64,000 nt of DNA from Eledone cirrhosa (taxonomy: Eukaryota): assembly GCA_964016885.1 (NCBI GenBank), contig OZ024743.1, positions 258,788,001-258,852,000 of the forward strand, written 5' to 3'. The position numbers and the translations under genes are program-made. The notes below the pieces were generated by a model. The model was given only the letters and a program-made list of their open reading frames with translations, searched no databases and was not told the origin of the DNA. This document shows, piece by piece, positions 25,401-37,003 of the stretch (its first letter is position 1; each line of letters begins with the position of its first letter).

Positions 25401-26660
25401 CCTATACGCAGACGACCTGACACTCATAGCGGAATCAATGGCCGAGCTAGAGAAGAAATTCCAAACATGGAAGCACGGCCTAGAATCAAAAGGACTTAAA
25501 ATTAACCTGGCTAAGACTAAAGTTCTAGTTTGTAGGAAAGAAAATAAGGCGGCGGTCCCTTCTGGGAAATGGTCGTGCTCGGTGTGTAGGAAAGGCGTAG
25601 GTAGAAACTCCATTTTATGTCCTAAATGCAAAGTATGGGTGCATAAAAGATGTAGTGGGATCACAGGTAAGCTAACTAAGAACATAGATTTTACATGTGG
25701 CCGGTGCTCTGGTGCAATAAGTAGCAGCAAGTGCCCACAAAACACTAGCTCTTTCAATTGCGCAGAGGGTTCTATAGAAATAGTAGACAGCTTCCGTTAC
25801 CTGGGCGATAAAATCAGCAGTGGGGGAGGGTGCTCTGAAAGTACAGTAGCTAGAGTCAGAACTGGTTGGAAAAAGTTCAGAGAGCTTATACCACTATTAG
25901 CTGCTAAAGGGTTCTCCCTAAAAATGAAAGGCAGGTTGTACGATGCCAGGATGTGGATGTGTAACAGTAATATACGTGAACGGCAAAGCATAAACGAACT
26001 AAGGAAAAAATTAGAAATAAGAGGGATCAGATGTTGTTTACTCGAGAGAAGGCTACGTTGGTATGGACACGTGATGCGCATGAAAGTCGATAGCTGTATA
26101 ACAAAGTGCAGGGCAATAAAGATAGACGGTAGCCACGGAATAGGCAGACCTAGAAAAACCTGGGACGAGCTGATAAACTCCGACCTCACACACTTACACC
26201 TCTCCAAGACAATGTCACTGGACCGAGACCTTTGGCGGTACTCAGTAACAGAGAAGACCCGCCTTACCTAAATACATAGTAAAACCTACTACAGCCAGTA
26301 GGCATCTCTAACAAAATACACCCCGTCCCACCACCACCACCCCATCCACACCACCCCGTTCTATGTAAAGTTATGTTGGTGCCGTGCCATCCTGGCCGAA
26401 ACAAATGAGATCGTGTAGGTGACATGACAAAAAAAACACACAGTTCACGCTGTAATGTGGCCGTGTAGGCAACACGGTAAAAACCTCCCAGAACCACACT
26501 GTAAATGTGGTTGGTGTTAGGAAGGGCATCCAACTGTAGAAAACCTGCCAGACAGTCCTATGCGAGCAAGACAATCACTCTTGCCTCAAGTGGGACTACC
26601 CCCGTCCAAACCCATGCAAGCGTGGAACACGGACGTTAAACGTTGATGATGATGATGATA
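22500..26660 (+). mobile_element. Near full-length RTE-clade LINE (5' boundary approximate)
   Basis: Long 5' region, single ORF, 3'UTR ending ggacgttaaacgtt(gat)n. Confidence 0.9.
23125..26271 (+). CDS. RTE LINE ORF: AP endonuclease + reverse transcriptase + PHD-like Cys-rich finger
   Basis: GTINVGT, IQETRW, GDLNGH, QVDYIL, SQHRL; FVDLEKAFD, GVHQGSVLSP, LYADD; CSVC..CPKC..WVHKRC..CGRC; RLRWYGHV. Confidence 0.95.
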   Translation: MDGWTAESWRVEEREKSGRSAKMPKLKTNSPRGRECEYSSLFRPRTANITPSPPASHRPHPPNAIQNFRVGTINVGTLKGRANEVVEMLERKEVDVCCIQETRWRGGSARFIEGKKRCYKLFWVGNDDGLGGVGIMVAEKWADKIIDVNRVNDRIIKIRLVLNRTTVTVISAYAPQSGLPSTIKDRFYETLMLTTSQISDSDYIIIAGDLNGHVGQHCDGYDEIHGGYGVGTRNEEGSRILEFCDANNLTICNTNFKKRDNHLITYRSGEHTSQVDYILTRRRDRVSVVNTKSLPHEECTSQHRLIISDLIVRTRRTRQQKRTILRRKIWKLKDPTARNKFQSILLDAFDSKEEHLESDNIEGQWEFLKANLLMATDEVCGWSRPVGRRRVTWWWNSKVEESIKAKKQAWKVWRDGGSREDYQVARREARRQVYLTRREAEERKFKHVLQREDQKREVFRIARQCVKENRDIVGEKCVLNDDGILAITDTDKKVAWKCHYERLLNEENKWEKDSLPHIDPIEGPAVLVEGSIISKAIKDMKTGKAAGPSEIVAEMLKASGTVGHTMVTRIVNQVVQNGVVPKDWHSSIIVNCYKGKGDALDRSNYRGIKLIDQVMKVTEKVIAQLISERIDLDEMQFGFVSGKSTTDALFIVRQLQEKYLAKGKPLYLAFVDLEKAFDRVSRSIIWWALRKLGVDEWLVRAIQAMYKETVSKVRINNEYSEEFSVKVGVHQGSVLSPLLFIIALQAITEEFKTGCPWELLYADDLTLIAESMAELEKKFQTWKHGLESKGLKINLAKTKVLVCRKENKAAVPSGKWSCSVCRKGVGRNSILCPKCKVWVHKRCSGITGKLTKNIDFTCGRCSGAISSSKCPQNTSSFNCAEGSIEIVDSFRYLGDKISSGGGCSESTVARVRTGWKKFRELIPLLAAKGFSLKMKGRLYDARMWMCNSNIRERQSINELRKKLEIRGIRCCLLERRLRWYGHVMRMKVDSCITKCRAIKIDGSHGIGRPRKTWDELINSDLTHLHLSKTMSLDRDLWRYSVTEKTRLT

Positions 26661-26961
26661 TAATGTGGAAAGTGGTATAAGGCTAAACAATGCAAAATGG
26701 ACCGTACAAGATGAAAGTAAAGAAAAAGTTAGTTACCTGGTAATCTTTGTTTTGTTTTGTTTTTTTGTTACTGTTGTTTTTTTCATCCTATTATTTCAGG
26801 ACTTAAAATTCCTTTCTTCAGAGTATAAGGAATTCTCAGAAAATTGTTCTGGTTTCTTCTCTTTGGAATTAAATCTAGATTTAAATTTTACAAACTGCTT
26901 TCAAGCATTGTTTGATGTTTGCTTTGTTATTCACGAGAAGCTGTCGATGTAATATCTCATA

Positions 26962-27308
26962 GGAGGCACATGGCTTAGTGGTTAGAGCATTGGGCTTGCA
27001 ATCGAAAGGTTGTGAGTTCAATTCTCAGATCGGGTGATGTGTTGTTTTCTTGAGCAAGACACTTTATTTCACATTGCTCCAGTTTACTCAGCTGTAGAAA
27101 TGAGATGATAGGGACTGGGGTCCCTATCATTCCACTACAAAGTGGTCGTGGAGGTGCCACGGCAAAAAAGCACCCAGCACTCACTGTAAATAAGGTTGGT
27201 GTTAGGAAGGGCATCCAGCTGTAGAAATCAGGCCAGAATCAGTTCCCGTCCCACCGTTGTAAGCAGGGAAAAGCGGACGTAAAATGATGATGATGATGAT
27301 GATGATGA
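26962..27308 (+). mobile_element. tRNA-derived SINE family A, full length
   Basis: TGGCTTAGTGG / GTTCAATTC boxes, RTE-like 3' tail and (GAT)n. Confidence 0.85.
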
Positions 27309-27452
27309 ATCAATTTCTTGTATGAGATGTTGTTTAGGTTGCGTGTGTGTGCATGTGGGTGCATCCTTTTATGTCAAGTATTGTGTGGTGAGTTCATTAA
27401 GAATGATGATGATGCAAAGTAGAAACTTGTCTAAGGTATAAAATTAACTTAC

Positions 27453-27521
27453 ATGATAAGTAGCTCTGGAATTAAAGGCATTCCGAACATGTCTTCCTGA
27501 TCTTGTCACACTGTTTATCAC
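27453..27521 (-). CDS. DCAF17: DCAF17-like exon
   Basis: cag|VINSVTRSGRHVRNAFNSRATYH|gtaagt; resembles TASGRVVKKSFN. Confidence 0.85.
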
Positions 27522-28015
27522 CTGTGTATATAGAAGATATATAGATATAGATATATTTAACAGATATTTAACACCTATTTAGATATGTATAACAGATATT
27601 TAACACATGTATAGAAATATCAGATATAAAATGCCTGTATATATGTGTGTCATTATCATCACCATTTAACGTCCATTTTTCCACACTGGATTACATGGAT
27701 TACACAAGTTGTGAAACAAGTGAGATCAGATGTCCGTGTCTTACTCATACAGAACTGGTTCTGGTTTGGTTTCTATGGCTGGATGCTCTTCCTAAAGTCA
27801 ACCCCATTTACAGTGAGTACTGGGCGTTCATGATACTGGGCGTTCATGATATATATATATAAAATAGTTTAGACAAGTTGATAACACAACCATATAAGGC
27901 AAAGAAAAATTGAAAGCTCAAATGTGATTTTATAGTCCGCTGCAAGATAGATAAATGACAGTTCAGAGTTTAATCCAATTAGTAAATTTCCAATATCACA
28001 TAGCATATATAAAAC

Positions 28016-28862
28016 AATAAAATAACCAGGATTAAATTACATTAGCCCTTTAGCTTTTAAACTGGCCGTATCCGGCCAGAATTCTCTCACCTTTTTCTGT
28101 AACTGGCTGCTCATACCATGGTTTTGTTGTCAAAATAAATATCAAAATCTCATCGGTTCAATATGATGTGAGATAATTACCGTGAAAATACAGTAGTTTA
28201 TATAGATTAATGTAAATGCTAAAGGGTTAAATTATCTAATTGATTTATTAACGTTTCTATCAATACAGCAAAATTTTCCATATAGGGGAAAAAAACGAGA
28301 TGTCTTTCACTGTTGAACTAATTTCTTCAAAATCCATTAAACAATATAAATAACATATTTACCTTCAATGTCAGGCATCTCCAAGTTTAAACAAGTTTAA
28401 AATACAGTTGGTTATATATTAAAACTTTATGGAAGACTAAATGTACAAATTAAAATATTTTAGTGATAAAATATAACATGCCATAACTAACCAATATTTA
28501 CTCTACAATAACATTAAAGGAACACAACCAGAGCTCATAAATTTAATCATACTTATTAACTGAAGTAACATCTATGTAGAATAAATATTTGTTAGTTATG
28601 GCACATTATATGTTTTCACTAATAAATTTTAATTTGTATGTTTAGTCTTCCATAAAGTTTTAATGTCTTACCAACTATATTTTAAACCTGTTTACATTTT
28701 CGAAAGGGAGATGTCTGACATCGAAGGTAAATATTTATATTGTTTAATGGATTCTGAAGAAACCAGTACAGAGGAGAATAATGGGACATCTTGCTGTATT
28801 GATAGAAACGTTCATAAATCAATTAGATAATTTAATGTAATTTAATCTTGGTTATTTTATTC
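28016..28862. mobile_element. Old foldback element with degenerate hammerhead; left arm holds a MITE
   Basis: 28016-28500 is approximately the reverse complement of 28580-28862; CTGAAGA..cagtacag/ctgtattg..GAAA at about 28753-28808. Confidence 0.7.
28042..28230. mobile_element. TTAA/piggyBac-like MITE
   Basis: ccctttagc...gctaaaggg terminal inverted repeats; the opposite foldback arm shows the empty TTAA site. Confidence 0.75.
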
Positions 28863-28877
28863 TTCGATGATGCTGTA

Positions 28878-29360
28878 GAAAAAGTAATAGCGCAACTAAT
28901 CAGAGAGCGAATTGATCTAGACGAAATGCAGTTCGGAATAAGAGGGATCAGATGTTGTTTACTCGAGAGAAGACTACGTTGGTATGGTCACGTGATGCGC
29001 ATGAAAGAAGACAGCTGTATAAAAAAGTGCAGGGCGATAAAAATAGATGGTAGCCACGGAGTAGGCAGACCCAGAAAAACCTGGGACGACTTGATAAATT
29101 CTGACCTTACACACTTACACCTCTCCAAGACAATGTCATTGGACTGAGATCTTTGGCGCTACAGTGTTATACAGAAGACCCGCCTTGCCTAAGTACAAAG
29201 CGAAACCTACAGTCAGTAGGCACCTCTAACAAAATAACCCCCCCCCCCCCCCCCCAGGCATCCAGCTGTGTAAAAACCCCGGCCAGATTTGGCTTTAAAT
29301 GCAAACAACCGGTCTGACTCATGCCACGATGGAAAATGGACGTTGAATGGTGATGATGAT
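28878..29360 (+). mobile_element. Internally deleted RTE fragment
   Basis: EKVIAQLIRERIDLDEMQFG joined directly to IRGIRCC..RLRWYGHV; (GAT)n tail. Confidence 0.85.
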
Positions 29361-29499
29361 GTATATTTAACTGCAGTATCTGACAGTACAAACAAGATGT
29401 AATATGAAGCATGAAAAGTGCTTTCTATTTACTAAGTAAATATAACAGTGAAAGAGAGAAATGGGGTAGGAGGAAAGTGAGAGAGAGAGAGATACTTAC

Positions 29500-29587
29500 A
29501 GAGCTTTTGTAAACCTGTTCCAGTAGAATTTCTTTCTGTAATTTAATGCATTTTGTGGCATCATCATCATTGACAAGTTTTAGAATC
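29500..29587 (-). CDS. DCAF17: DCAF17-like exon
   Basis: cccag|g ILKLVNDDDATKCIKLQKEILLEQVYKSS|gtaagt; phases match the neighbouring exons. Confidence 0.8.
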
Positions 29588-31077
29588 CTGGGGATGAAAC
29601 AGTGAAGCTTGTTTTATTATTAGTAGTATTAATGCATTAAACTAAATGCTATTGTGACATTTTGTTATGGTTCTTTACATTTCAACTCCCATAAATGTCA
29701 ACTTTTCTTTTTATCCTTCAAGGATTAAAAAAATAAAGTATCAGTTAAATACTGGGGGTGATATAATCAGCTTTCCACTTTCCCCCAAATTACCGGCCTT
29801 GTGCCAATATTAGAAAGAATTTTAATTATTATTGATGGGCGGTGGATTGGCAGTATCGGTAGAGGGTCGGACATGCTTTCCAGCATAGTTACTTCCCTTT
29901 ATGATCTGAGTTCAAATCCCGCCGAGGTTAACTTTGCCTTTCATCCTTACGGGGTCAATAAAATAAAGTACCAGTATTGTACTGGGTAATTACTGGCCTT
30001 GTGCCAAAAGTAGAAACAATTATTATTGATTGGTAGTATCGATGGAGCATTAAACAGCATAGAGTTACAACCCTTTATATTCTGAGTTCAAATCCCACCA
30101 AGCTTAGCTTTGTATTTCATCCTTACAAGGTCCATAAACTAAAATACCAGTAATGTACTGGGGTCAATTTAATAGACTTTCCTTTCCCCAAAATTGTTGG
30201 CCTTGTGCTTAAATCAGAAACTATTATTAATACTATCATTGTGTTATCACAAAAATCATTTAAAGTTCATAAAGCTGATATCGTTCTGGAGAGAGAAGAG
30301 AGTAGTAAACTGATTGGGTTGTTAATAGATGAAGAGACATGAACTTCAATAAAGGATACAATAATAACAATCATTATTTGCCACAAGGGCATCAGACGAA
30401 GGAGACATAAAAAAAATAAGTTACAACATTAAGGTGGGGTTTACATAGAAATGAGAAAATGAGTAACAATTATAAATATTGGGTTTACACTGTATACAAT
30501 TATATAAAGCATTCAGTCGTTCTGTTACAGAGAACTGAACACCTAAGACTAATTGAGAACTCCACAGATGCATATTCACCCTGAAAACCAAGGGTGAGTA
30601 CCCTCTCTCAACTGTCTTTGTCAGTTCTACAGACACAATTTATTCACTCTTGTCATTTTCACCACTTTCACCAACTTTTTGGAAAATTTCCTGGAGAAGA
30701 GCATCTCTCTCTCTTTACCCTAACCTTCATTTCCAAGTAAAACTTGAAAGAAGAGGAATGTGCCTGTCTTCAGTCCTTTCAGTCTTGTCCACCATACATC
30801 TCTTTCATCATAGCCATGATATATAAGAAAACTGCTTGTCCTTCCCTGTTAAAGGAGGATGGTGGAATGATCTTCATGATGGACTCAGACTATAGCCAGA
30901 TCTATCCTCCATGCAATAGCAATAATAATAAAAATGATGATAATAATGTTTTCTGATTTAGGCACAAGGCCAACAATTTTGGAAGGGAATAGCGATTAAA
31001 CCGACCCCAGTGTGTATGTGGCAGGGGAAGTGGATACTAAATGACAAGTTGTTAATAGGTAAAGAGAGAAGACTGAC

Positions 31078-31190
31078 CTTATTGTTGAACCACCATAGAG
31101 AATTATTTTATTGTGGACATCTGGATGGAACACTGCAGTGTCATCTTCAATAGAATTCTCATTAGCAAGGTCTAGAAGGCCACCTTTGAT
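31078..31190 (-). CDS. DCAF17: DCAF17-like exon
   Basis: ttctag|IKGGLLDLANENSIEDDTAVFHPDVHNKIILYGGSTI ag|gtcagt; FHPD motif. Confidence 0.88.
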
Positions 31191-31519
31191 CTAGAACAGG
31201 TAAGTAATAAGATAAGGACATGTAGTATGGAGGCAGGGATATAGATATGTGGGAAGAGTGTCTAGGAATATACATAGATAAATATATGTAGCAAGGAGGC
31301 AAAGAAATGGATAGTCATGATGGAGAGAAGGAGCTGGCGTTATACATAGTAAAGTACATTTAGTAAGGAGGAAGAGTAATGGATAGCCATGATGGAGGGA
31401 GGAGGCTGGTAATATACATAGTTAAGTACATGTGGATGGGAGCATCTATGAATATTCATAGTAAAGTACATATATAAATAAAGCAATGAAGCCACTGAAT
31501 AGCTCCACTCACACTGACC

Positions 31520-31915
31520 ACTCAATACCTCTACTCATACTCTAAATAATTACTATGAGTCACTCACCAAGTTGTTGTTAACCAAAGACTTTACATAGAA
31601 CACTCCTGACCATTGTGAGTTTATTCCTACCCTACACTCACACTCTAAAGTAATGTAGGGGGTCACTCACCAAGTTATTTTCAAACAAAGACTTTACATA
31701 GAACACCCCTCATCATTGTGAGTTTACTCCTACATTCCAGTCACACTCTAAATAAAAGTAGAGAGTCACTCACCAAGTTGTTTTCAAACAAAGACTTTAC
31801 ATAGAATACCCCTCACCATTGTGAGTTTACTCCTACACTCCATTCACACTCTAAATATATGTAGAGTCACTCACCAAGTTGTTGTCAATCAAAGATTTCA
31901 CATAGAACACTCCTC
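31520..31915. repeat. About 103-bp tandem repeat of the exon 3' end plus its splice donor
   Basis: cactcaccaagtt at 31561, 31664, 31767 and 31868. Confidence 0.9.
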
Positions 31916-32008
31916 GTTGTTTTGATGCTAGCAACATATGGAATGGGAAGCCACCAAACTGGATATCATGATCAACTGACTCCACTCTCAGCAATAATGG
32001 TGGGGGCA
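31875..32008 (-). CDS. DCAF17: DCAF17-like exon
   Basis: ttccag|(V)PPPLLLRVESVDHDIQFGGFPFHMLLASKQRGVFYVKSLIDNNL|gtgagt; resembles PPLLFEV..FQIGGHPWH..KGVF. Confidence 0.9.
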
Positions 32009-32049
32009 CTGGAAATACATACACACCAACACTTTGCAATCAAAATAAC

Positions 32050-32410
32050 AACAATGGTATGATGGTTAACAATCAGATGGTCTGGCAGTAACCTATGGTA
32101 ATGTAGTAACAATCAGATGGTCTGGCAGTAACAATCAGATGGTCTAGCATTAACAGATGGTAACACAGTAACAATCAGATGGTCTGGTATGGCAGTAACC
32201 AATGGTAACACAGTAACAATCACATGGTATGGCAGTAACCAATGGTAATGCAGTAACAATCAGAGGATGGTATGGCAGTAACCAATGGTAACACAGTAAC
32301 AATCAGATGGTATAGCATTAACCAATGGTAACACAGTAACAATCAGATGGTATGGCAGTAGCAGTATGACAATAACAATTAGATGACAATAACAATTAGA
32401 TGGTATGGTT
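32050..32410. repeat. About 40-bp minisatellite
   Basis: tatggcagtaaccaatggtaacacagtaacaatcagatgg units. Confidence 0.85.
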
Positions 32411-32454
32411 GAAAGAAATTTGAAGAGGAAAATAACTGCTGAATGTATTTTTAC

Positions 32455-32554
32455 CTTTAATCTTGATATTAAAAGGCAGACCATGTGGGTAAAGACCAAC
32501 AACATATCCTGTGACAGGGTCAGGCTCACACAGCTGGGCTTCATATACAATATA
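32455..32554 (-). CDS. DCAF17: DCAF17-like exon
   Basis: ttgcag|YIVYEAQLCEPDPVTGYVVGLYPHGLPFNIKIK g|gtaaaa; resembles VGEAPFGIPCNIKI. Confidence 0.9.
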
Positions 32555-33249
32555 CTGCAAATAGAACAACAACTAGCTCATCAAGGGTTCCTAACAGTTT
32601 TTGTCCAGTTTACCTCATGACAACATTTCAAAAGTAAATTTAAACCCCTACCTTGTTTTGTTCAGGAATTCATGTCTCCATCTCAACATAATACAGCAAT
32701 CAACAGTAATTGTTTTAGGGCCATTTTTCACTACTAAAGCAGGGGTTAGCTTTGCGGGCCCCAGGAATAGTTTCATATGTATCATGGGGTCTTTTTTATT
32801 TTACAGTTGGATGCCCTTCCAGATGCCAACCATTTCAATAGCCTCTTACAACAAGCAGAAATATAGCTTACCTTTTCTAAACCAGATACATCTACATATA
32901 GATGATGATCGTTGGGTGAAGATGTGCCAGGGAATCCCAGAGGAAGGTAGCGGCAGTAAAGGAAGACCAAGGAATACCTGGTAGAGTGGTGAGAGCTGAT
33001 CTCAAATTGCTGAGCCTCACAGCAAAGATGATGAAGGAATGCAATGAATGGAAAACTGTTGTGTTGGAGATGAACCATCAAACCCATGGAAACATGGATG
33101 TGAAATGGTGAAGATAGTGATAATGATGAAGATGATACACACAGTTAATGCAACAACTGACAAAGGAAAACTTTAAAATGCTTTTAATGTTGAATAATTT
33201 AGTAATATAACTAACTTTTTCACTATTAAGCTGGTGTTTAGAACATCAA

Positions 33250-33660
33250 TCATCATCATCATCATCATCATTGTTTAACGTCTATCTTCCATGTTGGGTT
33301 GGGTGTCCATGTCTCACACGTATAGCAATGTTTCTGGCTGCTTTTCTACAGCTGGATGCCCTTCCTAACACCAACCACATTTACATGAGTGCTTTTTACC
33401 GCGTCTCCTACACGACCATTTTACAGTGTGGACTGAGTGCTTTTTGTCGTGACACCTCCACGACCACTTTACAGTGTGGACTCGATGTTTTGTGGGACCA
33501 ACATAACTTTACAGAGAAAGGGTGGGAGAGGGAGGAAGGTATAGGGGTGTATATTGGATTAAGAGGTGCCTACTGAGTGTAGGTTTAAATTTGTTCACAA
33601 GGGCAGGCGAGTCTTCTGTATTACTGCATAGCAACAAAGATCTCGATCCTGTGACATTCT
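33250..33660 (-). mobile_element. RTE 3'UTR fragment
   Basis: (CAT)n tail, ctggatgcccttcctaacaccaacc. Confidence 0.7.
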
Positions 33661-33859
33661 TAACTTAACAAAGGTACTAACATAATATTATGATGAAAGG
33701 TTTTTAGATAGATATGAATATGATGATTTTAAAATGAATAGCTTTGTATCATAGCCCCAAAGGTGGGTTTAGGTAGTTTGGTATGAAAAAAGTTAAACAA
33801 TCTTTATTGTATATAATAAATAGATGAAATATAGAATTAAAACAAGTTCCAATACTCAC

Positions 33860-33967
33860 GTGTTTTAAAACAAACTGCATGCTATATAATTCCACAGATC
33901 CTCCCCGATAGTTTATGATCAACAGATTGTCTGTTACCAAACCGTCCTCAAATTTCGGGCCAAATAT
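33860..33967 (-). CDS. DCAF17: DCAF17-like exon
   Basis: atttag|IFGPKFEDGLVTDNLLIINYRGGSVELYSMQFVLKH|gtgagt; resembles IFGNVTD..LIVMYSSGLVRLYS. Confidence 0.9.
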
Positions 33968-34209
33968 CTAAATATGAAATCAATTGAAGAGGGAAAACAT
34001 TATAAAGATGTTAATAAAAACAGTGTGTAATATAAAGGTTGCAAAAATACAAACTACCTATTGGAAAGATGAACATAAAATAGTTTACAACTATGTGGTT
34101 TCTGGCTCAGTCACATGGAGTGGCACCTTTGGCAAGTATTTTCAACTATAGACTCAATTTGACCAATATCTTGTGAGTGAAATTTAGTAGACAGAAATTG
34201 TGCAGAAGC

Positions 34210-34250
<41 letters not shown>

Positions 34251-35151
34251 ATAATATAAGATCAAAAGATGGTTAAAGGAGTTCCATGTATTTTATTATG
34301 CGCATTTCAAAAACAAACATCATCATGCAATAATATTTGTGTTTTCATCAGATAAAACAGGAGAACATGATATGAAGGCTAAAAAACACTTGTGGATAGT
34401 GCAGTTTTAAATCAACATATGAAAAGTGGTTTTAGATTGATGTGTGATATTGGGAAAAATATTTTATTTAGAGAGGGGGGGGGGGGGGGAAGGATGAAAA
34501 AGGGGAGGAGATGAGAGGGAGAGATGGGTGATAGAGAGAAAGAGATAGTTTTTATAACTGAGAGAAGATATATTGTTTTACATAGAGAGATTGAAAACCG
34601 TTGGAAGATAATGTATAAATTAAAAGAATTTGAAAATTAACGAAGGGAAGATATGTACGAGGAAAAAATATTTTATTTAGGGAGGGGGGGTGGAAAGGAT
34701 GAAAAAAGGGGGAGGAGATGAGAGTGAAGGTGGAGAGGGAGAGATGGGTGATAGAGAGAAAGAGATAGTTTTTATAACTGAGAAAAGATATATTGTTTTA
34801 CATAGAGAGGTTGAGAACCGTTGGAAGATAATGTATAAATTAAATGAATTTGAAAATTAACGAAGGGAATTTATGTATGAAGATAGAGAGAAAAAAATAA
34901 TAATTGTGGATGAATATTCTAACGTCAAAAAAAGTGTATGTTGATAAGTATTGTGGCAATTTCAAAATTGCGGTGAGGATGATGTGAAGTTCATCTGTGG
35001 TGATGTCAGAATATTTAAGTGCGAAAGATAGAGCATTATTGAGAAGTGAAGGCGAAATGGAGGAATAGTAGCTGGCAATATCAAATTGAATAAATTTTAG
35101 TTTGTTTTTATTATCCAATTTGTTGAACCAGCCAATCACTTCAGAAGTACC

Positions 35152-37003
35152 GAGGATAAATCTCAAGGATTACAAAAACAATTTTCGCACTGAACTACCT
35201 GTTAGATTAATCGCCCCCTCTAAATCTGATCTGGGGGTTGTTAGTAAAGCCATCTTGGATAGAATTATCCCACAGGTTAGTTCTAATTGCTCTTCTTTGA
35301 ACCTAAATTTATGGTTTGGTACTTCTGAAGTGATTGGCTGGTTCAACAAATTGGATAATAAAAACAAACTAAAATTTATTCAATTTGATATTGCCAGCTA
35401 CTATTCCTCCATTTCGCCTTCACTTCTCAATAATGCTCTATCTTTCGCACTTAAATATTCTGACATCACCACAGATGAACTTCACATCATCCTCACCGCA
35501 CGTAAAACCATCCTAGAGTTCAACAACGAATATTGGACCAGAGCCGATACCTCTAACAACTTCGACATCACAATGGGAGCATCCGATTCATCCCAATTGA
35601 CTGATTTAATTGGTATCTTCATTTTGAACTCTTTGAGTCGGAAAATCCCTCAACTTCGCGGTGGAATTTATCGTGACGATGGACTCTTTACTATCCTAAA
35701 TTGCAATATAGTTAACCTTAATATTATTAAGAACAATATACGTAATCTCTTTAACCAACATAACCTAAAAATTGAATTTGATAATAGTATCAAACTAGCT
35801 AATTTCTTGGATGTATCTCTTAATCTTGACACTGGCCTATATTACCCTTACCATAAAAACAATGAGAACCTAAATTATGTTAACTTTAAATCTAACCATC
35901 CTACCAATATCAAGAATGCTATAGTTAGTAATATTGGAAAAAGAATATCTAACATATCTTCTAATAAAAACATCTTTGATGCTAACGCCAATTACTATAA
36001 TAACGCACTTTCTAAAGCCGGCTATCCAGATAAAATCAAATATAGTAAAGAAACAAATTCTAGAAAAACTTACAGTAGAATAATTAATCATGATCATTCC
36101 AATAATTTTAATAAAAGACCTAGATACAAAAACATAATCTGGTATAATGCTCCTTTCTCCATCTCTATTAATAACAATATTCCTAAATTATTTTTTAGTG
36201 CCTTAAATAAATGCTTCCCTCCCTCACATATCTATAGTAAAATATTTAACAAACACACCATCAAATTTTCTTATTCTACATCCTCCAATATTTCCAACAT
36301 CATCTCTAAACACAACAATAAAATACTAAATACTAAATCTCTTCCTTCCAACATTGAATTTCATAATAACAGTAATAGTACTCCCGACGTCATTGTAAAC
36401 CCTAGGCTAACTTCTGTAAACCCAAATACAACGTCAAACACAACTTCGCTAAATGTTCATAATCCAACCCTAAATCAAGAAACTATTATTCCTATTATTC
36501 CTATCGCAAACAACTTCTCCAATCCAATTCCTTCTATAGATAACACTAGGTCACTCATTAATAATCTCTCTAATTGCAACTGCCGCATTAAAAATAAATG
36601 TCCTCTCAACAACCATTGTCTCGATAAAAACTTAATTTATGAATGTAAAGTTATAACTAGCACCAATTCCTTCACCTATTTTGGCTCCACTTCCACCTCT
36701 TTTAAAGCTCGTCTCTATAATCACCATTCATCTTTCAAATACAAACTTAAAAGAACCAACATGGCTCTCTCAGAACTCATATGGTCCTTGAAAGACAAAA
36801 ACATTAAATATACCATCTTTTGGAAGAAGGTTTCATCTGCATCCTCATACTTGAACAGCTCTCTATCTAAAATCTGTAATCTCTGCCTAAATGAAAAATT
36901 TACCATTATCTCTAATCTAGATTCTATAATAAATAGACGTACAGATTTGTTTTCTATCTGCCTGCATAAATTCCATAGGACTTTTCACAAAGTATACAGT
37001 TAA
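35152..37003 (+). CDS. Penelope-like RT + GIY-YIG endonuclease (5'-truncated, frame open)
   Basis: QFDIASYYSSI, FDITMG, GGIYRDDGL, NFLDVSLNL, CNCRIKNKCPL, IYEC..YFGSTSTSFKARLYNH, CNLCLNEK; the first 17 aa of the track ORF come from the inverted piece. Confidence 0.92.

Noticed and set aside
26810-26952. Plus-strand acceptor followed by a short open frame
   Set aside because: No recognisable protein or partner exons.
26962-27035. tRNA gene
   Set aside because: The tRNA-like head continues into a SINE body, repeated at several loci.
30421-30636. Alternative DCAF17 exon after a ttttcag acceptor
   Set aside because: No similarity or clear donor; the exon at 29500-29587 fits the phase and the homology.
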